A stretch of DNA of 40,880 nt from Gemmatimonadota bacterium (GCA_003697105.1 RFFQ01000034.1:1-40880); one strand, 5' to 3'. Counted from the first letter of the stretch, positions 18,406 through 29,300 are shown. Numbers and translations: made by a program. The notes: a model not told the origin generated them from the letters alone.

Positions 18406-20472
18406 TTAGTCATCATACGCGGTGAAAAAGATCGGATGTTGCGGGGGGTGTCGCTCCAATTCCCGCCCGATTTCACCCACAATCACATAAAAGCCAACCG
18501 GTGTGGGGAGTTCGACCGGAAACGCGTCCCAGCGGAGACTCGCCTCGAACAAATCCTCACCAGCAACCACCTGCCACTCATTCTCCGGTGGTGGAACGGG
18601 CGCAAGTTGCCATTGGCGAGGTGTTGGATGCACCACCTGTAAATAAACCGGCGCTTGATGATGCCAGTAACGCGGTTCGACATCAATCCGTAAAAACAGA
18701 TGACCGGCATCATACCCGTAATGGATCGCGTGGATTTGAGTCGAGGCAGGGTACATGGTACCCCCCCGGACGGCAGTATAAAACCCGGCGCCACGCCACT
18801 CATAAAAGCCGGTCTCTTTGCCGTCAATAACCGGTTGAATCCGGCGCTGAGGTTGCCGTACCGGGCTCGGACGCCCATTTTTCTTGATCGGTAGGTTCAA
18901 CAGGGTGGGGATGCCCTTTTCCAACAACCGGTACACCTGCTTTAAATGCTCCCGAAACAGCTCATCAAACAACAAGATGTGCTCATCAACGTGCTCATCC
19001 CCATACCACCAGAACCAATCACTGCCTTCAGCAATGTAGATTTCGCGCCATGCGGCGGCTAAAATGGCCGGGTCACATGCTGGGTGTTGTGCCTGATAGG
19101 TTGCTAAGGTCTTACGGGTGACCGATACCGCCTCCCACGCCGCGTTTTCCTCTTCGTGCCCGATCCACATCTTAAAATTGTGATTCAACCACGAACCGGC
19201 AAACAGATGCGTGATCGTCTGTTGGGGCGGAAATGCGGCTAAATAGTCCCGAATGGTGGTGGTCTTTAAGTCCGGGTCATCTGACAAACGGCGATATAAT
19301 TCGCGTAGAAAATCATTACCATCGTTGGGATAATGTTCCCAGCAATTTTCACCGTCCAAAATGACACTGACCAGTCCGGGCGACCCGGTCGCGGGAGTCA
19401 ATTGGTGGATGGCATGTAAGCGCTGGATAAAATCGTCGGCGGCACGGTCGGGTGCCCACGTCGGATAGACAAAAGCGATCAAGTCTGAGAGAGTATGATC
19501 CCGAAAAACAATATCGACGGTCTGATCTCCCGCCCGCACCCGGTAGGGCTGGTACAAAAATTGGAGTTGAACTTGGGACCGGCGTAGAATTTCCTCATCA
19601 CTGGCAATCCATTGAATCTGGTGGTTGGCTATGAGTGGGATCAAGGACTGCGAGACGCTACCTTCACTGGGCCACAACCCGTGCGGTGTGGTGTGGAATA
19701 ACCGGCGGTACAGGGCAATCGCCATCTCGATCTGGCGGGCGGCATCTTCCCGGTGGGCAAAGCGTGTGCGGGGGAGTTTCGTATTCGGTAACGCCTCCAG
19801 AGCACTGTTGGTATCGATCAGCAGAGGTAAAATCGGGTGAAAATAGGGTGAAATGCTGAGTTCGATCTGCCCTCGTGCTTGCACTTCGGCATACTTAGGC
19901 AGAATCCGCGCCAAAATGGAATCTTGCGCCGCCAGCACATCAAGTTTATCCGCTTCGGTAAAATGGCGTCCTTGCTCATAAAATCGCTTCAATGGTTCCC
20001 GCAACATCGGGTCTATCCACGCCAAAACAGACCAGACCTGAAGGTCGCGCCACTCTTGCTCAGTAAAATCCGCGATTTTGTGGTGGAGTGCCTCCTCGTT
20101 GAGGTCTTCCTCGCCGCGTTTCAGCCACAATTCGTGCAAGCGGGGATATGGCAAAATCATGGTGTGCTGTTGGGCGGGGAATGCCTCTTTCAACAGGTGT
20201 ACTTTTGCGGCTGGTGAAAGCCTATCCACCGGTCGCCGAACCCGCTCCAAATAGGGGTCTGTTTTGCCGTTTAGATAGCCCTCAATCTGCTCGATTAGAG
20301 AGGATGACAAGTTGAACGTTTGGTGAATCTGGGGGAACTCATCCAGAATAGCCACCATATTATAGTAATCTTTTAGGGCGTGCAACCGCACCCACGGCAA
20401 ACGGTAGTTACCGGTACGGGGGTCTTCATACATCGGCTGGTGCATGTGCCACAGAAACGAAACATACAACAT
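18406..20472 (-). CDS. Glycoside hydrolase family 57 (amylopullulanase-like)
   Basis: LWHMHQP, WVRLH, HPILPLL, WPSEG (nucleophile), ILDGENCWE and AEGSDWFWW. Start ATG 20472 overlaps the upstream stop. Confidence 0.93.
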   Translation of the reverse strand: MLYVSFLWHMHQPMYEDPRTGNYRLPWVRLHALKDYYNMVAILDEFPQIHQTFNLSSSLIEQIEGYLNGKTDPYLERVRRPVDRLSPAAKVHLLKEAFPAQQHTMILPYPRLHELWLKRGEEDLNEEALHHKIADFTEQEWRDLQVWSVLAWIDPMLREPLKRFYEQGRHFTEADKLDVLAAQDSILARILPKYAEVQARGQIELSISPYFHPILPLLIDTNSALEALPNTKLPRTRFAHREDAARQIEMAIALYRRLFHTTPHGLWPSEGSVSQSLIPLIANHQIQWIASDEEILRRSQVQLQFLYQPYRVRAGDQTVDIVFRDHTLSDLIAFVYPTWAPDRAADDFIQRLHAIHQLTPATGSPGLVSVILDGENCWEHYPNDGNDFLRELYRRLSDDPDLKTTTIRDYLAAFPPQQTITHLFAGSWLNHNFKMWIGHEEENAAWEAVSVTRKTLATYQAQHPACDPAILAAAWREIYIAEGSDWFWWYGDEHVDEHILLFDELFREHLKQVYRLLEKGIPTLLNLPIKKNGRPSPVRQPQRRIQPVIDGKETGFYEWRGAGFYTAVRGGTMYPASTQIHAIHYGYDAGHLFLRIDVEPRYWHHQAPVYLQVVHPTPRQWQLAPVPPPENEWQVVAGEDLFEASLRWDAFPVELPTPVGFYVIVGEIGRELERHPPQHPIFFTAYDD

Positions 20473-21869
20473 CAAATAGCTCCTTTTTGCGTGAGAACCA
20501 CCCAAATGGTGCGAAAGATGATCTCCACATCGAGCCAGAGCGAATAATTTCGGATATAATAATAATCAAATTTAACCCGTTCTTGGATCGTTTGCAAATA
20601 CCGCCCGTTGACCTGCGATAAACCGGTCAAGCCGGGCAACACCGAGAGGCGAATCCCTTGCAATTCGGGGTGTTGTTGTACAAAGTAGGGACGTTCCGGG
20701 CGGGGTCCCACCAATGACATATCCCCTTTTAAGATATTGATAAGTTGCGGAATTTCATCAATACTGGTACGGCGCATAAATCTGCCCCACGGGGTAATGC
20801 GCGGATCATCTTCTGCCGCCCAAACGGGTCCGGTATGCGCTTCTGCATCGGCAATCATAGACCGGAATTTGATCAGGCGAAACGGTTTACCCCCTTTTCC
20901 GGTACGTTCTTGCAAATAAAAAATGGGTCCGGGTGAGGAGAGTTTGATCAAGGTCACCACCAGCGGGAAAAAGGGCAAAAACAACAGCAAACCGGTCAAT
21001 GCCCCCATAATATCGATCACCCGCTTGATCTGGTACTGCCAACCTTGAATCGGACCCGTCATGGCTTCTACCAAGGGGATACTATCCCCACTCCGCATGT
21101 CCGGGTTGACCAGCAAAATCTCATCGGGGTCTGGTGACACCTTAAAACTGACGTGTGGGTATTCGCACGTGTTAATCAGGGCTAAAATATCCTTGTATGA
21201 TTGGTGCGAGCTGCGCACAATGATGAATTCATCAATATAATAACGCTCGATAAGCTGATTGAGTTCCGCCCGGGTGCCTAGCACCGGCAACCCTCCGATG
21301 AGGGTGCCCGCCGGTTGGTGGTCATCCACAAAACCGATCAGCCGGTGTTCGGTATCGGGATAAGATTGGATCTCGCGGGCAATAATTTCGCCTTCCGAAG
21401 TCGCTCCGACCAGTGCGGTGGTCTTGTAGATCAATTTGCTACCGAATGTATCCCACAGCAACAAGCGCACCAATAAGCGCCACCCCCCCACACTGCACGT
21501 GATGAAAAACCAAGTAAGCAAAAAGACCGTGCGGGGATAGGCATAGCGGCGTCCTAAAAAATAAGTTATCACGGTAATGAACACGAAGGCAAGAGTCGCA
21601 CTGCGGAGCGCCTGCGCAAAACTGAACAGATTGCGGGTATATAGCTCTGAACCGTAAAAGGCAACTAACCAAACAACGGTACACACGCCGGCAATGGTGA
21701 TATGGGTCTGTCCCCACCCCCAAAAGGGTTGTAAATGGGGCACACCAGAAAAAATATAAATTGCCAAACTAAAACTAAGGTTGATGCAAATGGCATCCAC
21801 CAGCAGAAAAATAGGGAGGGTAAACCGGCGGAAAAAACGGATCAGGGGTGAAAATGTGGCGTCGTGCAT
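20472..21869 (-). CDS. Priming sugar transferase (polyprenyl-phosphate glycosylphosphotransferase, WcaJ/WbaP-like)
   Basis: N-terminal TMs, CoA-binding-like middle domain, KFRSM, DEIPQLINILKGDMSLVGPRPERP and PGLTGLSQV. Likely start ATG 21869. Confidence 0.92.
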   Translation of the reverse strand: MHDATFSPLIRFFRRFTLPIFLLVDAICINLSFSLAIYIFSGVPHLQPFWGWGQTHITIAGVCTVVWLVAFYGSELYTRNLFSFAQALRSATLAFVFITVITYFLGRRYAYPRTVFLLTWFFITCSVGGWRLLVRLLLWDTFGSKLIYKTTALVGATSEGEIIAREIQSYPDTEHRLIGFVDDHQPAGTLIGGLPVLGTRAELNQLIERYYIDEFIIVRSSHQSYKDILALINTCEYPHVSFKVSPDPDEILLVNPDMRSGDSIPLVEAMTGPIQGWQYQIKRVIDIMGALTGLLLFLPFFPLVVTLIKLSSPGPIFYLQERTGKGGKPFRLIKFRSMIADAEAHTGPVWAAEDDPRITPWGRFMRRTSIDEIPQLINILKGDMSLVGPRPERPYFVQQHPELQGIRLSVLPGLTGLSQVNGRYLQTIQERVKFDYYYIRNYSLWLDVEIIFRTIWVVLTQKGAI

Positions 21870-22125
21870 TCCGTTTACGGATATCTCATAAGGTTCACAA
21901 ATCGTGCAACGCGGTAAAACCCTATACTTAAAGTGGGGATAGGGGGTTGTCAAGCGCAAAAACCGTGGCGGTTAATGCCGGTACTTGATTTTTATCTTGC
22001 TGTAAATACCGAATATAAATAAAATAAATATCTTAGAAGGTCACAAGTTTGAAATCCGGTAACATTATATCTGGAACAACTGGAGCGCATCCACAACCAT
22101 TCTCCCTTTCATGGAGGAGATCATC

Positions 22126-23028
22126 ATGAAACTAGTTGTTAGTGGCGGTACCGGTTTTATCGGGCAAGAACTCGTCCGGCAACTTCTTCACGCCGGGCAT
22201 GAGGTCGTTGTTTTAACCCGTCGCCCGCGCCCAACATCCACACCCCACCTAACGTTTTGCCAGTGGGACACCCAAACCGTTGATACCGCATGGGTAAAAG
22301 AGATTGCGGGTGCACAGGCGGTAATCAATCTTGCTGGCGCCGGAGTTGCCGACCAACGCTGGACGGCGCACCGGAAGAAAATCATCTATGATAGCCGGAT
22401 CAATTCCACCCGTGCCCTCGTAGATGCGATTGGGCACGTTACGGAACGTCCAAGCGTGCTGATCAATGCCTCCGGGATCAGTTATTACGGGCTAAAAACC
22501 GGTCAGGTGACCGAAGATAGCCCTGCCGGAGATGATTTTTTAGCGCGTGTCTCTGCCGATTGGGAAGCCGCGGCACAAGCGGTGGAAGCACACGGAAGCC
22601 GCGCCGTACAACTCCGCATTGGAATTGTCTTGGGAAAAAACGGTGGCGCATTGGCAAAGATGCTACCGCCATTTTACCTCTTCTTGGGGGGTCCCTTGGG
22701 AGATGGCCAGCAGTGGTTCCCGTGGGTGCACCGGGCGGATGTGATTGGTGCGATTCTGTTCGCCCTAGAGAGGGAAACACTCCAGGGACCGGTGAACATG
22801 GTTGCCCCCCATCCGGTACGAATGCGTGACTTTTGCCGCACGCTGGGCGAAGTACTGCACCGCCCCTCGTGGGCGGCAGTTCCCGCCCCAATCTTGCATC
22901 TGATATTTGGCGAGTTAGCGGAGGTCATCCTCGGTGGGCAACACGCCATCCCCCAAAAATTGATCGATGCCGGATATACCTTCCGCTACCCAACCCTCAA
23001 ACCGGCATTACAAGCGATTTTGAATTGA
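22126..23028 (+). CDS. TIGR01777 family epimerase/oxidoreductase (YfcH-like)
   Basis: SGGTGFIG, NLAG..VADQRWT, LGGPLGDGQQWFPWVH. GGAGGAG RBS before ATG 22126. Confidence 0.92.
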   Translation: MKLVVSGGTGFIGQELVRQLLHAGHEVVVLTRRPRPTSTPHLTFCQWDTQTVDTAWVKEIAGAQAVINLAGAGVADQRWTAHRKKIIYDSRINSTRALVDAIGHVTERPSVLINASGISYYGLKTGQVTEDSPAGDDFLARVSADWEAAAQAVEAHGSRAVQLRIGIVLGKNGGALAKMLPPFYLFLGGPLGDGQQWFPWVHRADVIGAILFALERETLQGPVNMVAPHPVRMRDFCRTLGEVLHRPSWAAVPAPILHLIFGELAEVILGGQHAIPQKLIDAGYTFRYPTLKPALQAILN

Positions 23029-23140
23029 CAAGCTACCGCATTTTCCATAAGATAGCACCCCCGGCGCAGAACGAACACCCCATTTCTGCGCCGGTTGTCT
23101 GTCTGTTCACAGTAAACTATTCAGTGAAGGAAAGAAAATC

Positions 23141-24100
23141 ATGAAGCCCTATTTAGGTATCGACGTAGGTGGAACATTTATCAAGGTCGGATTAGTCAGT
23201 GATACGGGAACCCTGCTTCACCACGAAAAAGTCCCAACAGAAGCACAACGCGGTGGCGCGGCAATTCTGGATAACATTGTAGAAGGCGCCAAGCGCTGTG
23301 TCGCCCACGCGCAAATGGACTGGGATGAGATCGCCGGCGCCGGCGTGGGGGTGCCCGGCTTGTTAGATGCCGCCAGTGGGATTGTCCGGCAAGCTCCCAA
23401 TCTGCCGGATTGGGATAATTTGCCCGTCCGTGACCGCCTCACGGAAAAACTGGGCATTCCGGTGCAAGTGGAAAACGATGCCAACGCCGCGGCGTTTGGC
23501 GAGTGGTGGGTTGGCGCCGGTCAAGGGGTCGATCATCTCATCGGCTTGACCTTGGGCACCGGCGTCGGCGGTGGATTGATTCTCAATGGCAAAATTTATC
23601 ATGGCGCCATTGGAGCGGCGGCGGAACTAGGTCATATGACAATTGATCCCTACCATCCCTATGTCAAGGAGGGTATCCGGGGAAGTCTGGAAGCACTCGC
23701 TTCCGGTCTGGCGATTGTCAAATTCGCTACCGAAGGCTTGAAAAGCGAGGATGCCGATATTTTGCTCCAAATGGTCAAAGAGAACGATAACGAAATCACC
23801 CCGTACATCGTGTATAAAGCCGCACAGGCAGGAGATTCGCTCTCCGCGCACATCTACCACGAGGTCGGTACGTTTTTGGGGATTGGCATTGCCAACCTGA
23901 TCCATATTTTCAACCCCCAAATGGTCGTCATTGCCGGTGGCATTGCCGCCGCCTATGATCTGTTTGCCCCGCCCATGATGAAGCAGATCACCGAACGAAC
24001 ATTTGAGACCTCGCGCCAATGCGTCCAGATCGCAAAAGCCCAACTCGGTGAATTTGCCGGACTGATCGGCGCCGCGGCAAGCATTAAATTTAAAGATTGA
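23141..24100 (+). CDS. ROK family sugar kinase (glucokinase-like)
   Basis: GIDVGGT, ENDANAAAFGE, LGTGVGGG and ELGH. Confidence 0.9.
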   Translation: MKPYLGIDVGGTFIKVGLVSDTGTLLHHEKVPTEAQRGGAAILDNIVEGAKRCVAHAQMDWDEIAGAGVGVPGLLDAASGIVRQAPNLPDWDNLPVRDRLTEKLGIPVQVENDANAAAFGEWWVGAGQGVDHLIGLTLGTGVGGGLILNGKIYHGAIGAAAELGHMTIDPYHPYVKEGIRGSLEALASGLAIVKFATEGLKSEDADILLQMVKENDNEITPYIVYKAAQAGDSLSAHIYHEVGTFLGIGIANLIHIFNPQMVVIAGGIAAAYDLFAPPMMKQITERTFETSRQCVQIAKAQLGEFAGLIGAAASIKFKD

Positions 24101-24175
24101 TCTGGCAATAACATATTTATTCCAAGTAACTTGCCGAAGTTTGACAACGGTGTTGATTACCGGCAGATAATTTCA

Positions 24176-24204
24176 TTGACATCACCGCTGAAATCCTCTA
24201 AATT
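24176..24204 (+). promoter_or_regulatory. Sigma70 promoter about 240 nt upstream of the folE2-like gene
   Basis: TTGACA-N17-TAAATT. Confidence 0.6.
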
Positions 24205-24445
24205 GAAAACGCCTAAAACGCTCATTTTTTTAGTACGGTGTACTTTCAGTGCTTTCGCTTTTTTGGATAGGTGATTGCTGCGGTAGTAAAGGCCTTGACC
24301 TTTGGGTACTACCTCACGATTACAGCGTAAAATCTGTTTTTTTACGCGTCGGATGTTGCTCCCGATCAAAGCACACGTTGACAACCCGGAAGTATCGCAA
24401 CTCATCTATCTTCACTTCAATTTTAGATCACAAAAAGGAAAATTC

Positions 24446-25534
24446 ATGAAGACATTGAATCCCCAATCGGTCTTGAAAAACCCGGTGCATCCCAACGGGA
24501 AGAGCAACGGGCAACCTCATTCGGTGCCGGAACTCACCCTTTCACCTCATGACATGCCAACGCACCAACGACAGATACCGACCTTTGAGCAAACGCTATC
24601 GACCCCAGCCGGTCAGGTCATCCGGGCAATGGATGCCGCCGGGGATGACATTCCCTACCAAGAACCGGAATTTAAGATTGCCCTTTCCTCCGTAGGGCTA
24701 AACCGCCACCATATTCCGCTACAGATAATCGATCCATTTGGTTCTGAGACCGTTTGTCACCTGAATTGTACCGTCGAAACCCGCACATTTGTACCGGCGG
24801 AAAAACGGGGAATTCACACCTCTCGTATTGGCCGGCTGATAGCAGAACGCACCCCCACCGTTTATAGCACGATGCAGGAATACGCCGCCGATTTGGCACA
24901 AGCGATCACCCGCGCCGAATATGGCGTCAGTTCGGAAGTCCGGGTCAGCGGCACGCTCTCGTATCTGGAAGTGGTGAAAGGTTGGAAAACGGAGAAAAAC
25001 AAAACCTCACTGGAACACTTGCAGTTGAATGCCGCCGCTCGCTATACCCCGCATGAATGCATGGAAAGTGCCGGTATAACCGTCAACCACATCACGGCGT
25101 GCCCCTGTGTACAGCAAACCTACAAACACGCGCTGCTCCAAGCAAAAGGGGATGTTACCGCCGCCTTGGAGACCGTCGCCCCCTTGTTGACCCACTCCCA
25201 GCGGTGCACCACGCGGGTCGAAGTACGGAATTTGAGCAAGCCATTACCCATTTTGGCAATGCTCAATACACTGGATCAGGTGCTTTACCGGGTTCAAAAT
25301 ACACTCCCGCGGGAATACGAACTGCTGTTGGTTTACCGGGCGCATAACTCGCCGCAATTCATTGAAGATGCTACCCGCCAGATTTTAGCCCATCTATACC
25401 GGTTGCTCCATGAAGATTTTGCGGATAGCTCCATTTATCTGCACTCCACCAGCATGGAATCCATCCATGATTTTGACATTGCGGCAGAGGTAGAACTCAC
25501 CATGGACCAACTTCGCACAATGGTAGCGATGTAA
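24446..25534 (+). CDS. folE2: GTP cyclohydrolase, FolE2/MptA (type IB) family, divergent
   Basis: KRGIHTSR, TACPC, THSQR, PQFIED and ESIH motifs. AAAGGA RBS before ATG 24446. Confidence 0.82.
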   Translation: MKTLNPQSVLKNPVHPNGKSNGQPHSVPELTLSPHDMPTHQRQIPTFEQTLSTPAGQVIRAMDAAGDDIPYQEPEFKIALSSVGLNRHHIPLQIIDPFGSETVCHLNCTVETRTFVPAEKRGIHTSRIGRLIAERTPTVYSTMQEYAADLAQAITRAEYGVSSEVRVSGTLSYLEVVKGWKTEKNKTSLEHLQLNAAARYTPHECMESAGITVNHITACPCVQQTYKHALLQAKGDVTAALETVAPLLTHSQRCTTRVEVRNLSKPLPILAMLNTLDQVLYRVQNTLPREYELLLVYRAHNSPQFIEDATRQILAHLYRLLHEDFADSSIYLHSTSMESIHDFDIAAEVELTMDQLRTMVAM

Positions 25535-25535
25535 C

Positions 25536-26234
25536 ATGAAGCGTCCGTTCATCCGCTTGAATATGGCTTCCAGTATTGATGGCAAAATCACAACCGTTCA
25601 GCGAGACACGATTCATTTAGGTAGTGCAGAAGATCGAGCCTTGATGGAAGAATTGCGGGCAGATGCCGATGCGGTACTCATCGGTAGCGGAACGCTGATC
25701 GATGAAGACCCGCGCTTGCTAGTCGAACATCCCGGACGGATTGCCCAGCGGGAAGCCCTGAAAGGCAACCCCCAGCCAATGAATATGGTGGTTTCTTCCA
25801 CCCTCAATTTCCCCATCGAAAATAGCCGCTTTTTTACCCGAGATGCCGTGAAAAAAGTGGTGTTCACAACCCCTCAGGCAGATGAGCGGCAGCGAGAGGC
25901 GTTAAAAGATGTTGCCACCGTCATTACGGTACCGGCAACGGCAACGGGCCATGTGGATGTCGTGGAGATGGTCCAACGAATGCCGGATTTGGGCATCCAG
26001 CAGTTATTGTTGGAAGGCGGCGGCATCCTTAATTTTGCAATGCTCCGTGCCAATCTGATTGATGAAATATATCTAACCCTGTGCCCGCTGGTGATCGGCG
26101 GTGCCACCGCACAAACCACTTTTGAGGGTGCGGGTTTCTCCCACGAGATGATCCGCCGGTTGCAACTGCGAAGTCTTCGGGTCAATGAGGTTGGCGAGCT
26201 GTTTTTGCGATATGCCGTGCAACCACCGGCATGA
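25536..26234 (+). CDS. RibD C-terminal/dihydrofolate-reductase-like NADPH reductase (no deaminase domain)
   Basis: MASSIDGKI, DAVLIGSGT...DPRL, LLLEGGG and DEIYLTLCPLVIGG. Confidence 0.88.
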   Translation: MKRPFIRLNMASSIDGKITTVQRDTIHLGSAEDRALMEELRADADAVLIGSGTLIDEDPRLLVEHPGRIAQREALKGNPQPMNMVVSSTLNFPIENSRFFTRDAVKKVVFTTPQADERQREALKDVATVITVPATATGHVDVVEMVQRMPDLGIQQLLLEGGGILNFAMLRANLIDEIYLTLCPLVIGGATAQTTFEGAGFSHEMIRRLQLRSLRVNEVGELFLRYAVQPPA

Positions 26235-26258
26235 TCCCCCCCTGAGACCCCCACAAAC

Positions 26259-26298
26259 ACGAAACCCCCCGAATGTGAATATATTCGGGGGGTTTTGT
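26259..26298. terminator. Hairpin between convergent genes, probable bidirectional terminator
   Basis: AAACCCCCCGAAT...ATTCGGGGGGTTT. Confidence 0.75.
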
Positions 26299-26343
26299 AT
26301 GGCATTACTTCGTGATAACATCGTTAGATTGGGGCAATTTTCC

Positions 26344-29300
26344 TTATTTCATCAACATCATCGTCCGGCTATCGCTAAAAGTGTCTGTAGTTAAGCGATA
26401 AACATATACCCCCGAACCCACCGGTTGCCCGTCTGAATCGCGCCCATTCCACACCGTGGAATACCTGCCCGCACTGTGGGCACCATGTACCAATGTGCGG
26501 ATCAACCGTCCTTGAATATCATAAATAGCCAAGGTTACCTCTGTGGTCTGGGGTAATTCGTAGGCAATTGTCGTTTGGGGATTGAATGGATTAGGATAGT
26601 TACTCAGGGAATAGGACTCAGGGGTCAGGATGTGGGGTTCGGGGGTGACAACATCCACATTCGGGTCGAGGAACATCAGCATGTTATACATGAGTTCCTC
26701 CCGGCTTGCCATGACGGGGGTTCGCTGGTTGACGGCTTCAAAGCCAAATGCGAGGTAGATCAACCGGTAATCACCTTGATAATGGAGTGCCACCGAATTT
26801 GTGGTGGGGAAGAAGTTTAAAAAGCTCTCCGCGTCCTCCTGCGGTTCGATGACGTTGACGTGGGTTTGGTTATTTGCCCCGTCGCCACCACTGATAGAAA
26901 CCACCATGCCATCACTAATTGGGTCCCCATCCACACCCTGTAAAATGCGCTGCCCGCTGGTGTTACCCGGTTGCATGGTTGCATGGAGATAATCCGTGTA
27001 GAACATGCTATTACCGATATCTTCCGCGATACCTTGCCCGCTTAGCAGTAAATTTCCGCCATTCTCCAAATAGGTCATTAAAACAGCTTGTTCTGCCCCG
27101 GTTAAGGTATTTTCCGTTTGGTCGCCGGTGTACCAAATAACCAGATCAAAGTTATCCAGATGTTCACTGGTGGGCACACCGAACAAGCGGTTATCACGGA
27201 TTTGATAAGCTGTAGGCGCCGCCTCCAACGCACCGGTGTAATAGTGCAGGTATGCCGGATTTCCATCGTCATCATTCACCACCAACACATCCTGAGCCGG
27301 CCCGATGGCTACTGTTTGTTCGATTGTGGTATGGCTGCCATCTCCCCACGAAATCACCAGATCAAAGGAGACCTCGTGGGGTTCAATTTCGTCTGCTATC
27401 TGGATCGTGAACGGGTCATTTGTGTTAAGTACCATTTCGCCGGCGCCAATCGTGCCAAATACGGCGGTATCATCGGTGATCGTCACAGCATCATCCGTTG
27501 TAACCAATGTCACGGAGACATTTTCTGCCGGAGCAAGTCCATTGCGCAACCCGAATACCAGATTCGCGGTTTCATTTTCTTCGAGCAACTGGTCGTTATC
27601 GTTGTCTAAAATTCCGATCTGGTCAACAGCAAACTTTTGCGTTCGCGCCACATTGACGGACTTGACCACTACCCATTCATAAGGGTCAATCGCCACATCT
27701 AGGGGTTCGTCGTTGAAGGTGAGGGTCACATAATTGGCATCCGTCGCTTCAATTTGGACGGTTTCCAGTTCGTAAATTTCATTATCTTCGTTAATGGTAT
27801 AATCGCCCCCGAGCTGCATCGGCATTTCAAACAGGCGGTCTCCTTCAGCCGTTTGGGTCTGGTAGAGTGCCATTTCGAGCGTGTACGTATTTTCGCTACT
27901 TTGCCACATATCCCAAAAAATATCGAACTGGGGATAGCCTTCATCGTAAATCCACTCATCAAAAAACCAATCGAGGTCATCGCCGGTGACGGTTTCGCAC
28001 ACCTGATGAAAATCGGCGGTTTCGGCGGTACTAAAGGCATACTGGGCGCGGTATTCGGCTAAAATATCGTCAAACTGGTCGGGATAAAGTCCGCGGAGCA
28101 TGTGGAGCACCATTCCGGCTTTGTCGTACACCACATTGGAGAACAAAAATCCCGGCGGGGGGTCGTACACCGGATGGTCATACCCTTGATTTTGATACGA
28201 ATTGCGCATACTGAGCACATACGGGCGAATATCCCCAAAATAGGCTTCATAATAGAGGGCTTCGGTGTAGGAGGCAAACCCTTCATTAAGCCAAATGTCC
28301 GCCCAGGTTTCACAGGTAATCATATCTCCCCACCACTGATGCCCCAACTCATGGGCATAGAGCCAAAAATTATGATTGATAGAGCCATCAATGGTATTGG
28401 CATGGAGGAGGGTAATCGTCTGGTTTTCCATTCCCCCACCAAAAATATGAAAAGAGGCCTGCCCATACTTTTCGGCTAAAAAAGGATATTCACCAAAATG
28501 ATTGACCAGCGATTCCATCATGAATTGCATATCCTGAAAACTGCCTTCAGCCTCTTCGTATTGCCAGTTGAAAACGTAGCAAGGCATCGGCATTATCGTG
28601 CCATCTAACGCCTCGTATTCCAGTTCCAGTACTTCATAATCCGGGGAGGCAACAAACGCAATTAGATAGGTTGAGATCGGGTATTGCGTATGCCAGCGGT
28701 GGGTTCGGGTCTCCCCGTTATCTACAATCTCGCGGAGTACGCCGTTGGAGTACACATTCCACTCGCTGGGAAAGGTAAGATTCATAGAAAGGGAATCCGC
28801 TTTATCCGACGGGTCATCAAAACAGGGAATATAATAGCGCACATCCGACGGCTGGTTGTGGGTGCTAACCTCACCGATACTGGGAAAAAAATAGATACCG
28901 TAAGCCGGTGTCCCGTAATACTGAACAGAGACCGTAAAGGGTTGCCCTTCGTCATACGCCGTATCTAACGTGATGGCAAGCTGGTTATTCTCATGGATAA
29001 AATCAACGTCCGTATCATTCATGACCACGTTGGAAACGGTCATGTCCTCCATCAAATCCAATTCGATGGTTTGCAAACCGGCTTCCGTACTGGTAGCAGT
29101 CATGTGTACCGTCCCCTCGACCATTTCGGTTTCGGGATCAATCTCCAGATGCACATCATAATAGGTGGCATCAAAGCCGTGATCGGTACGTAAGTTACTG
29201 AAATAATGCCGGTATTTAGCCTCATCTTTGCCATGAGAACAGCCCGGATAGCCTTCCGGCTGAAACCACGGGGCGGAATCTTCCGCCAGACCATAGTGAG

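Noticed and set aside
21870-21959. N-terminal extension of the sugar transferase and a TTGACA at 21948-21953
   Set aside because: The extension looks non-coding, and the TTGACA has no convincing -10 at 16-18 nt spacing
24157-24449. Short ORFs and the TTG-started extension of folE2 in the leader region
   Set aside because: No RBS or recognisable motifs; the promoter position and the RBS at ATG 24446 favour a non-coding leader
26234-26253. ATCCCCCCCT motif right after a stop codon, also seen near 31748
   Set aside because: Only about 10 nt of low-complexity identity in two copies, too weak to call a repeat family
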